A stretch of 64,000 nt of DNA. Origin: Perna viridis. Lineage: Eukaryota. The stretch covers positions 36,418,704 through 36,482,703 of the forward strand of contig CM074521.1 in the NCBI GenBank assembly GCA_037379345.1. Reading direction: 5' to 3'. The notes below the pieces were generated by a model. It was not told where the DNA came from and did not search any database. It saw only the letters and a list, made by a program, of their open reading frames with translations. The translations under genes and the position numbers were made by a program. Positions within the stretch are counted from its first letter, which is position 1. The number at the start of each line of letters is the position of its first letter. This document shows positions 12,501 through 26,674 of this stretch, piece by piece.

Positions 12501-14127
12501 GGACCAAGTTTTCAATCCTAAACAGTTTTTCATGTATGTGTTGGTCATGTAGTTTTCTGACAGCAATCTTTTCGTAATAGGACCTTAAGCCTTGGACTAA
12601 AGTTTGTCAGTGTCTCCCATTTTCTGATATATAAAATTATTTAAGATAATAATAGCCAGAAAGTTCACCATATTTATATGTGGATCAGTGATGGATGGGA
12701 ATCTGACCAAATGAAGAGATGCCCCTCCCTCCTATATTATTGACTTGTGGACAGTGTAACAACTAGAACATCAAAAGGCTACTTGATAAAATGAACTATA
12801 CAAGCATTTTTTTTTTATAGATATACGATGAACCTGTGATTCTCTTTAAACATCATCATAACTTTCTATAAAGATTCTTCCAAATGAAAACTTGATCCAA
12901 GCCTGATATGGAAGATTCATTATAAACTTGGTATTGAAAGTTCCTTAAAATATACTGCAAAAAATATTATTTTAATCATACGTGCCTATCCACATGTGTA
13001 ATTGCATGCATAATTACATGTAAATGAATTGTAACAATTTTAAGCAACTTTTTAAAGAGGTACTTGAAAGTTTTAAGAATGATATGAAGAAATTTGTGCT
13101 GTACTCATAACTGCCTGAAGTCACAGCAGCATTTTATTTGCAAAATTGAACACAATAGAAGGATTTGGAATTGACCTTCAAGATATCTTTTTAATTTCTT
13201 CCTTGTAGAGATATTATGAAAAAAAAGACTTCCCAGTAATTTTTTTTCATCAAAGGAAATGCATTGTACTAAATCTAGAAAGGAATGTCTAAGTGCAAAT
13301 ATGTTAACACTGGCCCATGGAAGGATTTCACAAGTAGTCTTGATGCCCTTGCTATGAGAAAAATCTTATTTCACCTAACAATGGAATTTGACTTGTAGAG
13401 TGACCTTGAAATTCAATTTATTTCTCCACCCAATAAAAGAATTAATTTTCAGTTTTGTGCTTTCTTCTAAGAATTCACTGTTACATAATATCAAACACTA
13501 CATGTAATATAATACCAGCCTACATGTAAAGCATATCAACATGCCTGCTTCCTGATTACAGGTTTCACCTGAGACAGGTGTGAATTTTACAGGTGATATA
13601 AAATTCAAATAAAAACCCTACAATTAAACCTCTACAAGAAAGCAATTTGAGATTTGCATTTTTATGTCTTTCTTTATACAAGCTGTTTCAGAATGTAATG
13701 TGAAGACGATCTCTCTGTACCTGGTGTATGGTATCTCGTAACAGTTGGACTCACTGGATAGAAAAAGTTAATGGGTTTTATCAGGATACAAGTATTATTT
13801 GGATTGCATAATTTTCTGTTTAAAAATCACAGACTGTGTATTAATGCATGCTTTACCATTATTTGGTCAACAAATGAAATGAAACTGAAAGGTTCCATTA
13901 CAATAACATATTTTTATTTGGGGAGCAAATAATATTTTTTGTAGCTTTTTAAATTTTTGACATGTACATGTATGATTGTATTCCTTTATTACATGTTAAT
14001 TTAGATCTTATGTAAACTTCTGTGCTTATACAAGAAACTTTAGGAAGACATGTTGAAAATCAAGTCAAAAATAGTGTGATTTGTAATGCTTTAATCAACT
14101 GACTCAAACACAATATTAGAAAGTAAG

Positions 14128-14448
14128 ATGGTTCTGAAGTAAGCAGGACTCCTACTAGGTTCTGAAGTAAGTAGGATTCCTATAAGGTTCTGAAGTTAGC
14201 AGGACTCCTATTATGTTCTGAACTTAGCATGACTCCTTTAAGGTTGTGAAGTAAATTAGCAGAACTCCTTTTAGGTTCTGAACTTAGCAGAATTCCTTTT
14301 AGGTTCTGAACTTAGCAGGATTCTGATTAGGTTTTGAACTTAGCTTGACTCCGATTAGGTTCTGAATTGAGCTGGTCTTCTTTTAGGTTCTGAACTTAGC
14401 ATGACTCTTATTATGTTCTGAACTTAGCATGACTCCTATTAGGTTCTG
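14128..14448. repeat. 28-bp minisatellite (~11 copies)
   Basis: TAGGTTCTGAACTTAGCA(G/T)GACTCCTAT-like units. Confidence 0.92.
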
Positions 14449-15449
14449 CACATACAGGTATAAAAGATTGAATTACACTATAGTATGAAACTTTTACTTT
14501 GAAGCTCTATCATAACTTGGACAGTATAAAAGCTTATTGTTATGTCAAGTAATCAAATATGGAGAAATGAGAGACAAACGTCCATTTCTTTGATGGCAGT
14601 ATATTCAATTATTTATGATCAAAATTCAATTACTGAACATGCAATAAGATGGAGCTCTTTGTCTGAGCTGTTAAAGTCACAATAAAACTAACACACTCTC
14701 CTTTACATACTTAATCATTGGAGTCATTTAATTTACTTCAATAGACCATCTGAGTAGTATTGATTTCTAACAACAGAATGGAGTTCATCTGAAAGTGACA
14801 TTTTACATGTAGGGGTATTGCTAAGTGGTCTGAAGTCTGCATCTTTTACATTAACAAATAATTCTTAAAGGCAAACTCCAATCCCACCATAAAATTGTAT
14901 TTCAGTTACAGCAGAATATGACATAAAACATACTACATAACATGATCTTTTACACAAGTACAATTTTGACATTAGCAAATAATTCAAAATTCAAAAATAA
15001 AACATTTCAAAATAAAATTAAGAAGTTTGACAGGCCACAATCATGGTACCTGATTTGACAAGCATAAGTCTTCCTTAGGAAATCAATAAAAAAAGATAAC
15101 AATGACAACCATATTAGAAAAATAAAAACCATGACATAACACTTGATATCTTGATCACATCTAAGAAGAAAAATTGATTAAATACACCTTAAATGACCTA
15201 TAATAATACCCAAAATACCCAGATGAAAAACAGAATACCAAAATTACCCAGTAAAAACATATACCCTGGTAGCAAGCTACACCTCCAATGATCTGTCTAA
15301 GTACCAAAACATTCTAACATAAAACCACATCAACAATGATCTGACTGAAAACCCAAACAACTAACATCATGTCCATCTGTAACTTAATACAAGAAGTAAA
15401 TAATCCTGATAGAACAGAAGCCATCTTCACAAACTGGTAGACTAAACTT

Positions 15450-16280
15450 CAAACTATCAGACATAAGACCCAACTGTTACTGATCAAATCCATAAAACTT
15501 AATACTACCAGATATAGAACCCAACTGATACTGAAAGAACATATAATCAACTCCATAAAACTTAAATGACTAATTGTTGGGGTTTAACGCCCGAGAAGCA
15601 ATATTTCAGCTATATTCAGGCGAGCATAAAAACAACTAGACATAAGACCCAACTGATACTGAAAGAAGATAAAACTAATACTAAAAGAACATAGGACCAA
15701 CTCAATAAAACTTATAACTACCAGATATAAGATCAAAATGTCCAAATCCATAAACCCTTAAACTAAGACATAAGATCCAACTGACCCAGTAAGACCAATT
15801 CTATAAAACTTAAAAATATCAGACATAAGATCCAACTGCCCCTGAAAGACCATTCTATGAAACTTAAAAATATCAGACATAAGATCCAACTGACCCTGAA
15901 AGACCAATTCTATGAAACTTAAAAATATCTGACATAAAACCCAACTGCCCCTAAAAGACCATTCTATGAAACTTAAAAATATCAGACATAAGATTCAACA
16001 GACCCTGAAAGACCAATTCTATGAAACTTAAAAATATCAGACATACGATTCAACTGTCCCTGAAAGACCATTCTATGAAACTTAAAAATATCTGACATAA
16101 AACCCAACTGCCCCTAAAAGACCATTCTATGAAACTTAAAAATATCAGACATAAGATTCAACAGACCCTGAAAGACCAATTCTATGAAACTTAAAAATAT
16201 CAGACATACGATTCAACTGTCCCTGAAAGACCATTCTATGAAACTTAAAAATATCAGACATAAAACCCAACTGACCCTGT
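15450..16280. repeat. 54/55-bp minisatellite, degenerate at left, with a 3-unit (~163 bp) higher-order duplication
   Basis: CTGAAAGACC(A)ATTCTATGAAACTTAAAAATATCAGACATAAGATCCAACTGACC. Confidence 0.9.
15574..15622 (-). mobile_element. 3' tail fragment of the same SINE family
   Basis: TTGTTGGGGTTTAACGCCCGAGAAGCAATATTTCAGCTATATTCAG matches 20635-20680. Confidence 0.8.
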
Positions 16281-19200
16281 TAGGACCACTAAAAAGTGGT
16301 AGAAAAAGCCTGAATTACAGATTCAAAGACCCCGATTGCCACAATAATAACTTAGGAAGTGGTTTAAAAACAAAACCTTAATTGTGACACTCTAGTTGGT
16401 TATGATGTGTTGACAAGTAAATTTGTGTTATAACCCCAGGGACTTGTGGTTTATCTAGTTTTTACAAATTTTACCATCTGTTAGACATCTATTTTATATC
16501 TTCCTTAGGTCTTTCTTGATATGTTTACAAGTTATAATTGTATACAAACAAATTATAAATGACATGGACAATCTTAACTTCTTACATGTAGTACATGTAT
16601 ATACATAACTAAAAACATGTAATTTCAGACCTGATTTCAATTTTTCAAATAAGATTTGAAATTTTATAGTTCTCAATTCCATGAGATCATATTTTGTAAT
16701 TAAATCATAATTTTGTTATGTTAGCAATTATCATTAAAAAATTGATTAGAAGTTATCTTTGAAATAAAATTTGCAAGCTGTCAGGTTGCTAGATAATATA
16801 AGCAATGCTACTGACTATGCTATACAAATGTATGTAAATTTTGTAGCAACCCAATACTTTTTATCAAGTAGTTCTTATAGTAAAATATGGCTTTGTAAAC
16901 ATTTAAAGCCATTACCTATCAGAAGCATTCACTAAAAATGATCCAGGTAATCAACAGAACATAAACAAGTAGTACAGTCACCTACAACATTGTAAACACT
17001 ATAAATTTAACTGTCCCCTCTAGAAAGAGTTTTTTTTTGTGAGAAAACCTGTTCTCAGTAAAATAACGTAAGCCAACATTATGAATCAACACTGTGCATG
17101 ACAAAAATCTAAAGGGTGGAGATAGTTTAAGGATGACAAATTCTTACAAGATGAGGGCATGATCTCAATGTCACAACATTTTATTTTCGTATGATTAGAT
17201 CCATCAAAAATTCATGTTAATTGTTTTCTCTTATTTGACATAAAAAATCTGTAACTTTCATTTAAATTGAACAGAAGAATTCAGATATTAACAGATATTC
17301 AAAACTTATTCCATACTATGACTAACCAGAAATAAAGAGAGGTAACTCACAAAAATGATCCTCTCTTCTGATAACAGGTAAAACCCTTAATTTGGATTTC
17401 TTCTCTTACAAAAACCCAACAATCTTTATCTTCCTTCTGCTTCATTGTACATACATAAATGATGTCTTACCATCCTATTAAGTTTCAACAAAATACTTTT
17501 AGCGGTTTAGAAATACATGTATAAAGTCCTCACAATAGATTATCCCTCTTGCAGACACCAGACAAATAATCATCTTCATTTTAATCTAACAAGATATTTG
17601 AAAAGAAATGACATTAAAAATATCAACAAAAAAAAAAAAAACATCGAAAAAAAAGCAATATCTCCAACATGGCCCAACAGTTTAACCCGAAAATTTGACC
17701 ACAGGTAGATCTCATCATGCTGAACACTTCTACCCTATGTCAGAATTTGGCTAAACCTATACAATACCTTACTTCTCATATAGTTTCATCAAAATCTAAT
17801 CATCTATTTAGGAGAAGTCATGTTCACATGAGAGGTGGACAGATAGAGACAGGATAACTTGTAAGAGGCCATGCTCTGTCAATTTAATCATACATTTAAA
17901 TGTAATTATAATGCATGCTCTTTATGGGTGGGTGGGATCCCCAGGATTATATTTTATGCTAATTTAAATAAGAATGGTCAAATATAAAACAAAAAATATG
18001 GTGGTTTCAACAAGATTTCAGTAGTCAATAAAATTATTGTTTGAACAAGACAATAAAAAATCTTAAATCAATCACAGCAGTTATAACTCAAATAAAAGCA
18101 ACTCATATAAAAAGTGAAAAAAAAGGTATGATGTTTATGTAAGCAGGAAATTTTCCAAGAAGGAATAAACTTCTAATCTGCCATATTATCTTGACATGAT
18201 CTAGTTTGTATGCATAAGAAAAAACTCTGACACCTTTATTTGCCAAAAATTCACCTTTAAAAACATTGAAGCTTATATATGGTACCTATAAAAATTCCTA
18301 ACTGTTTAGTAACACACAACTGTCTTAGTGTTGAGATAATAAGAATAATAAAATATATGACAAGACTGACCTGAAGAACCTTCATGTAATTAGATCATAT
18401 AGGGAAAAGTCCTAGACTTAAAAATAAATTACTAAATATAGTAGAATAACCTTAGGGATTAGGGGTTAGGGTTATTCATCTCCCATTACAACATGTTTCT
18501 AAGAAACATATTAAATTACATTTCAGAAAAAGACTTGCAGTAAAACTACACCAGGGCATCAGCTTAATGTGATTTTCAAAAAGACCTTTGTCGGTCCATA
18601 TCAAAATTACTTAATCAGAAAGTCCAAACTGTTAAAATATTTTGAAGGCTTTGTGATAGCCAAAACCTTCTGGCTCTTAAGAGTTTTAGGATCTCAACAG
18701 TAATGTTACATGTAATCAATAACCTAGTAAGCTTTTTCAATGGGTCATTGTTGTATAAATGACCTAAAGCCATGACTATGCAAAATACTTTGATCTCTCT
18801 TTCCATTACCTTTACATATTTCTGCAGTAAATCTATGGAGATATCAGATTTTATTTCACCCCCAAGGTCAGTCAGAATGACCCTGGTCCTTTTATTTCCT
18901 ACTCACCCCATAAACAGACCATTTAAAGAATTTCTCTCCTTCAATAGAAGACCTAAATTATCTCCCCTTAATAACATAAAAGCCTTTAATTGTCACATAA
19001 ACCAAGTTATTTTAATTATTAAAGATTATTATCCCCTGCCATTAAATCAAACAAAATTGAGATAATCAACAAAGGAGATGGCCTCAAGTATTCAACAAGG
19101 ATTCTATCTATTACTTATATATCCTTTAAAGATATAGTGCAAGCAGGTGTCCATGTAGGTACATGTACTTTCAGACAGATCTTTTTCTAAGTTTTAAATA

Positions 19201-19667
19201 AATATGTCCCTTAATTTGTTGAAGATAAATATCATTAAAATACCACCAAAGTGTCAGCAGTGGATAATTCAAATATATCAAAATTCATAAACATGGCTTG
19301 AACTAAAAGCAGGAAATGTAAACATACATACACAACATAATGAACCCAATAAAATACATAACTTATAAAAACTGGAGATAAGGAAATCACACAAAAAATG
19401 AAAGCACTAATAATATGAAATCCCACAAAAAAAAATCTAGAGTTAAATCAGGAGCTCTAGGCTGGTAAGCACGTCCTGCTCCATCAACAGCCCTCATCAT
19501 ATTGCAAATGAATATAATATGGTAAAAGCCAAGCAATTATAATGCAACTACCTGACAGAAGTCATAAAGGGGATGGACAGTTGAAAACTTGATGGAAGGA
19601 AATAAATCTATCAGACATTACACAATATTTCAGGGAGAAATAAGATAATGACACCAAATCTTTGTAC

Positions 19668-19830
19668 ATACATACATGTACATGTAGCATGTAAATCTTT
19701 GTACACACATGTAGCATGTAAATGCCATTATAAAGTAATTGTTGTACATACATACATGTAGCATGTAAATCCCATTATAAAGTAATTGTTGTACATACAT
19801 ACATGTAGCATGTAAATCCCATTATAAAGC
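19668..19830. repeat. ~47-bp tandem repeat x3
   Basis: CATACATGTAGCATGTAAATCCCATTATAAAGTAATTGTTGTACATA. Confidence 0.85.
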
Positions 19831-20387
19831 TATTGTTTTCCACTTCTAGAGAAAAACAGAAATAATTTGTTGCTGCCCTTCAAGTGACATATTAAGCTTA
19901 CTTTAATAGTAGGAGTTGTTGATAAATAATAGTTAAGAATTAGTATTTAAAGCATTAAAAAGCTACTGGCCAAACCAACTATAAGACAAAACAGAAGCCA
20001 TAATCTACAAACAAGGTAGAACCTAAAACAAATACACCAAGTATTTAGAAAATAGATAAGTTGTAAGACTGTATTAATATCATATATACAACATGTTATT
20101 GTAACATACTTTTATCATACATGTAAACTATGTGGAACAACACGCAAGCATTCTTTCCACAGACCCTCTTCTGAGCTATTTACATCAAAATCCCATTGTT
20201 CACAGCAGACATTATTATCATGGAAGTAATGGAAGAGTAGTTCATATTTCCTTCAATTATAAAAGATTTTTAAAAGCTTCTAGACAGAAATTAGAAAAGA
20301 AGTCACCTAATAATTAAAGTCATGAAATATGGTTAAAATAACTGGAACTAATTTTAAAGCAGGAGAACAAAGAATAGATTTGATATG

Positions 20388-21300
20388 ATAGATCTGGTAA
20401 TAGGAATAATAAGCTACAAAATATGTCTCTATGGTGTTCATACTCCAGATCAGGTAATAGGTATGATAAGCTACAAAATATGTCTCCATGGTGTTCATAC
20501 TCCAGATCCTAATAGGTATGATAAGCTACAGAATATGTCACTGGTGTTCATACTGCAGGTTCTTCTAGGTATGATAAGTACAGAATATGTCTCAATGGTG
20601 TTCATACTCCAGATCCTTGTTTGTTTTGTTTTATTTGTTGGGGTTTAACGTCCGAGCAGCAATATTTCAGCTGTATTCAGACAATGACCATGAAACTGAT
20701 GATAAAATGAACATGAAATGATGATGAAATGAAAAAGGGATGGGACACAAGGACAATGGAGTCGACAAATTTTGATTGCCACTGGAAATAGGGAGAGGTG
20801 GGTAGGGTCGGGCAATTCAGCCTCCTGTGGCGGAGCCCTATGGTTCCTAATCCGGGAGAATACTACAGTGGGGTTCTTTAACGTGCGAGGACCGTGGCAT
20901 CTTTCCCAACACGATGCACCACTATGGTTTGTGGTCAGGTTTTCCGTATTATAGCCTGACAACCCCAGCATGTAACACACCAGGGGTACCCCATTCCACA
21001 ACCTGGGGCACATATCCCAGTTGCTCTGTGGGCAGAGTGCCCTAGCCCCCGGCTAGGGTTCTGAGCACTATTTAGTCACCTTTAAGGACAAGCTTTGTGC
21101 TGCTGCAGGCCTATTCTTTTAACACCCGGACCTGCACGGGGCTACTCCAGATCCTAATAGGTATGATAAGCTACAGAATACGTCTCCATGGTGTTCATAC
21201 TCCAGATCCTAATAGGTATGACTCCATGGTGTTCATACTCCAGATCCTAATAGGTATGATAAGCTACAGAATATGTCTCCATGGTGTTCATACTCCAAAT
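20388..21300. repeat. ~55-bp minisatellite split by a retroposon insertion
   Basis: TCCATGGTGTTCATACTCCAGATCCTAATAGGTATGATAAGCTACAGAATATGTC units on both sides of 20618-21142. Confidence 0.9.
20618..21142 (-). mobile_element. 525-bp SINE-like retroposon, apparently full length, with 13-bp TSD
   Basis: TSD TACTCCAGATCCT (20605-20617 and 21143-21155). AAAC-type tail follows ...GCTGAAATATTGCTGCTCGGACGTTAAACCCC. GC-rich structured head GCCCCGTGCAGGTCCGGG. Confidence 0.9.
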
Positions 21301-22842
21301 CCATGACTTTTCATTTATAAACTTTGATGACTTAGTGATTGTAAATAAGAGCAGATATACAAATGTATGTATTTCATGCAGTTCAGGAGTAGAACACTAA
21401 CACTCCTTTATATAAGTAAGATTTGTTGAGCCAAATGTAAATGTGCAAGCTCATAGAAGTAACAACCTGCAGGTAGGCACGACATCCTACTTAATATATT
21501 ATTCTGACAATGAACTAACCCGTTGTCACTCAGTCTTCTATATACTGTGTTTGGTAAACTACCTATTTCAAAGTCTTTCATGAGGGGATACATGTCCTAA
21601 CTGAAGACAAATACGATCCCATGAAACAAGGACACAATTCATAACTCTAGAAATACTTAAAAAATCTCCACATTTTAAAAATGTTTACATTTGAAGCTAG
21701 GAAAGTATGCTATGATTTTATTAGCTTTACATACATGTAGATACAAAGATACACCAGGATACAAAATCTCAATGCAGTATAGTCCACAAATTAATTTTAT
21801 TTCAATAAAATAACCTAGTTCAAAAGGCCATCTATTTAGAAGGATTAAGATACAACAGACTAACAGAGCGTCAGGTACATGCAGTCTGTATACTTTGGTA
21901 AGCCTATATTTGTATGGGGATGAGTTTTGTTTGACTGACCAAATCTTTCCCTAATCATGCTGATTATTGTGTATTCAAAAGTAGATTACAAGATCTAGAG
22001 ATTAGATAGTGTACCAGCAGACTGAGTCAGTAAGCCGATGAACAGATACACTTTGTACTCACAAACAAAAAGCTTACATGTAAGTTAAACTGCTCTTGAA
22101 AATCATCACTTGACACAATTTAAATGTTTATGGTCTCAACAGTTCCTAATGTTTTGTCCCATTTAATCTTCAAAATTTATGCAGAATCTTGACACTTATT
22201 GATAAGGGTCTGTATAACTTGTAATTTGATAGACTGTAGAACTTAACAAACCATATTCAGTCTTTATTTCATTTTATTGAAAGAAAATTCAGGCTATCAA
22301 AAGAATGAACAAGAACGGCTTTCAAATAAAATAATTTTCTTATTTTATAACAATTTGGAAACTTTGCCTTGTAAGTTGTAGTACATGTATTTTCAGGATA
22401 CTTTGAAGGTGTTCCTCTATTAAATATTATGCAAAAATAAAATGTGTCATATTTAGGGTAAAGGACTTGGAATTGCATGACCACTTCATGTGCCAAAATT
22501 ATACTTGAGCTGGCCATAATTTTAGAACTATTTAAAAAAAATTACTGAACTTACTGGAAAACTTTGATGTATTTGCAGGAGTTATAGCTTCAAACAGAAA
22601 TGCAACACTAAAAGAATTAAATGTATTATAAATTTTGGGTCCAATACATTTTGTAGATGTTCCATTATTGGACTGAGTTTACTGTACTGGTATTAGCCTG
22701 ACTTTACTTGCTGAAAATGAAGTGCAAGAACAGCACCAACTGGCAGGAAGCCAAACATCACTGTCTGTAGTGAATTTCCTGGTATTATTTGTTTGTGTAG
22801 AGATAAGTAATTATCTTTATGAATGAGTATGTTTATATCATT

Positions 22843-23162
22843 ACTATCAGCTGTTCACTTTTGTCTGGCTGACAGTACCAGAAAACTATACATGTAATAA
22901 AAAGTTACATGTACAATGTACTATTACATGTACTATCAGCTATTTATTTGTCCAGCTGACAGTACCAGAAAACTATACATGTAGTAAAAAGTTACATGTA
23001 CTATTACATGTACAATCTGCTATTCATCTGTCTCACTGACAGTACCAAGAAAACTATACATGTAGTAAAAAGTTACATGTACTATTACATGTACAATTAG
23101 GCATTCATTTGTATGGCTGACAGTACCAAGAAACTATACATATAGTAGAATGTTATATGTAC
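22843..23162. repeat. ~80-87-bp tandem repeat x4
   Basis: TGACAGTACC(A)AGAAAACTATACATGTAGTAAAAAGTTACATGTAC at about 22870, 22957, 23037 and 23118. Confidence 0.88.
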
Positions 23163-25654
23163 AAATGTAAAATATTTCTGTCCTTTTTTGTTGGTCTCTT
23201 AATATACATGTCAGTTTCATTGTCTGTCAGTCTGTATGTTCCAAAATGCTGAAAACAGCCATGCATAAGAGAGACATCTCAAGTGCTATAGTGTCAACTG
23301 CTTGGAATTTTTTCACACCAACAAGAAATCATAAATAAGAGATTACAATAAGAAGAATATTTGTTTAAGAAGCCATGATGTACAAGTATACAATCATTAG
23401 ATCAATTCAAATGTACAATGTACCTGTATTATATAATACAATATTTCACTACATGTTGAAGACCAAAATCTTGTAGAAACTATCAGTACATAATTTAAAT
23501 TTAGGAACCTTGAAAGAATAAGGATTGCTGCATGAATATATAAGCAGAAAACAGCTGAGAAGTTTATGATACAAATTCAGTAGCATTTACAAAGGAGTCC
23601 AGAACATGTTTGAATGTTACAGTACCCAGGTGTGTCCCAAATGACCTTTAACCCCACCTTTGTTTACCAACAAAGTCACAAGATAAAACAACTGATAGAA
23701 TTTAACAGGTGACACCCTGAACTCAAGATAAACCCATGCTACTTAGTTTTTTGTATGCATCCACCCATATTTTGTACAAAAGAATATTAGATATTTTATT
23801 TCTCTGTTCCTCATGTAGTTATTTGTTTTTCATTATCAAAGCTACATGTATGAAGTACAAGTATATAAAAAAGTATGAAGACTATACAAAGTACTGAGCG
23901 AGCATTCAAGAGTAAACAATAGCTGTATTAATGTAAACTCAAAAAGATCAATCAAAACCTTTAAAAGACATAAATTTATAAAATTTGCTGACAACACAAA
24001 AATTTCCTAAATGACATAATCACGCTATTATTATTTACCACATAAATGACAAATATTTTAAAATTATTCTTTTTTCCTTTTTGTTTTGGATTTGACAAAT
24101 TTTATTCTGACACCCACAATCCATAAACTAACATAAAAGGACTCCACTGTTGTCCCTGACCAGACTACAATACAAACATGGCCAATGATTAACTTCAACA
24201 ACTAAATTGTGCCAATATTTCCTTTATTGAATTATTTGAATGAGACTTTTTATTGGCACATGATACATCAAATTATTACAGATAACATGAAGTAGAAGTT
24301 TAAACTTCAAAGTTGCTCATGCTTAAATCTTGTAACAAGATATAAAATATTACTGATTAATTAACAGGAAAAAATGGTGTGAAATAATCATGCAATCTCT
24401 CCAGAATGTCTAAACAGAAATATTGAATTTGACAAGGCATAAAATTACAACATATCAAACATTAGAACGTTATGTGGGCTCAAAAAGGTCTACTAGCACT
24501 TGTTACAGATTACACAGGAAAAACAATCAATAATATTTAAAAATTTAAGAAATATATCTGTGACAAATAAAGTTTGGAATATATTTCATCCAAATACAAC
24601 AAAATCCAACTCCTACTTGTAGTATTGCTAACACTAACCACTACATGTAGTTTCAAAAACTAATCATCTTTTTTATCAAAGGACCAGAAAACATTAAGTT
24701 TTTGGCTAATGTTACTTACAGACTTCATGAAAGAATATGGATATTATAATTAATAGGCAACCACAAATCAGAATGATGAGCCATTTGAAGTTGGTGCCAA
24801 GTTTAGTCTGCAATAATAATTTCTTTTAGACATCAAATGTGTCTGCAATGCTATTTCAGAACTTCAAAAAAGTATCAACTACCAGTAGTCAAAACAATAA
24901 ATATACTAGGAGAAGAAAACATATGATCTCTGAAAAACAAGTAAACTGAAAACCTATACAACAGCCTTTGTATTTTATTCTTTATCCTGTTTATTTTTAC
25001 ATATGCAGCTTATGTTAACAACTGTGCTAGCATGTTTGTCTTCAGTGACAGTTGTTGTATCCAGTATCTAGACCAGTAATATATTACTTGAAAAGAAAGA
25101 AGCAGTTTACATGTAATCATACATTACTTTTATGGTGTGGACTACGAACATAGACTAGAAACAAGTTGTATAAACAGCTATCAACACACTTTCAACTTAG
25201 TTGTATAATCCTTGTAGAACAAGGCAGTAACTGATCATCTTTATGTAAAACCCTGGTCAGCTACAACAGATTTATTCAGTAGAAAACATTGAAAGAAAAC
25301 ATTCATATAAACCTCTAAAACCAAAGTGATTGTAGCTCATGATGAGCTTGCATAATCATGTCTGTGTTAAATCATTCATCAACCTACCCTACATGTAAGA
25401 ATGTGACATGTATCAAGGTCAATTGTCAGCGAGGTCACATGGAGACTCCAGTTGTCGTGATGTAAGACCAAGCAGTCAAAAGGTGTAAAAATGCCACACT
25501 TTAATTAAATGTACATATATTGGAATACTTGTGCATTCTTTTAACCAAATTATAAGTTTATTTATAAAGTGTATGAAAGACAAATTAAGATCTTTTGAAA
25601 TCTAAAATCAGTGAACGTTCAACTAAAAGACATTAGTTTCATATTAACATATAA

Positions 25655-26115
25655 GTCTTTACAATGTGTAAGGGTTCATATTGACATACAAGGCTTTACA
25701 CTGTGTTAGGGTTCATATTGACATACAAGGCTTTACACTGTGTTAGGGTTCATATTGACATACAAGGCTTTACACTGTGTAAGGGTTCATATTAACATAC
25801 AAGGCTTTACACTGTTTAAGGGTTCATATTGACATACAAGGCTTTACACTGTTTAAGGGTTCATATTGATATATAAGGCTTTACACTGTGTAAGGGTTCA
25901 TATTGACATACAAGGCTTTACACTGTGTAAGGGTTCATATTGACATACAAGGCTTTACACTGTTTAAGGGTTCATATTGACATACAAGGCTTTACACTGT
26001 GTAAGGGTTCACATTGACATACAAGGCTTTACACTGTGTAAGGGTTCATATTGACATACATGGTATTACACTGTGTAAGGGCTCATATTAATATGTAAGG
26101 CTTTACACTGTGTAA
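25655..26115. repeat. 37-bp minisatellite (~12 copies)
   Basis: GGCTTTACACTGTGTAAGGGTTCATATTGACATACAA. Confidence 0.95.
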
Positions 26116-26674
26116 AGGGGGTATGCATATATTTATTATATTACTTTTATAAAAACTTGTATGAAACTTAGTGAGAAAATAATTCTTCAAAATAAATCTG
26201 TAAGTTTTTTTTATATAAATTGCTTTTTAAAGTGAATAAATTCCATTTCATGCACTGAATCTTTTGAACGGGACAATTTGAGTCATTTCTAATAATTATA
26301 AGTTAGGCTTGGAGCTCTATACAAAGTACAATATTAATGGTGTTATGCAATGGGATTGATTTTCTTTTAAGCCATTTCACAAATAGTTCACATTTCTATG
26401 AAAACAGAAATTTAACACTTGTATGAATGAAACATGACATCCACCAAGATCCAGAGAGATGAGTAGCTTAGCCGTGAAATCAAATACAATTGTACCAACT
26501 TCCCAACACATCCAAGTCCTATAATTACAGGTACTTGTATTTACATGCATATTTCCAACTATTTTGTTGATGCATTTTAGCTATTTTTGGTTTTGATAGG
26601 GTGTCATGCAGCAACCAATCAGTATTGTGTTACTCCCATGCTTTATACTACGTATAGTCGAGTAGGTGTTTTAG

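Noticed and set aside
21400-21600. Degenerate mollusc V-SINE-like fragment (similar faint relics near 19440-19505, 35030-35125, 1690-1930 and 17440-17850)
   Set aside because: The resemblance is from memory only, and there are no TSDs or clear boundaries.
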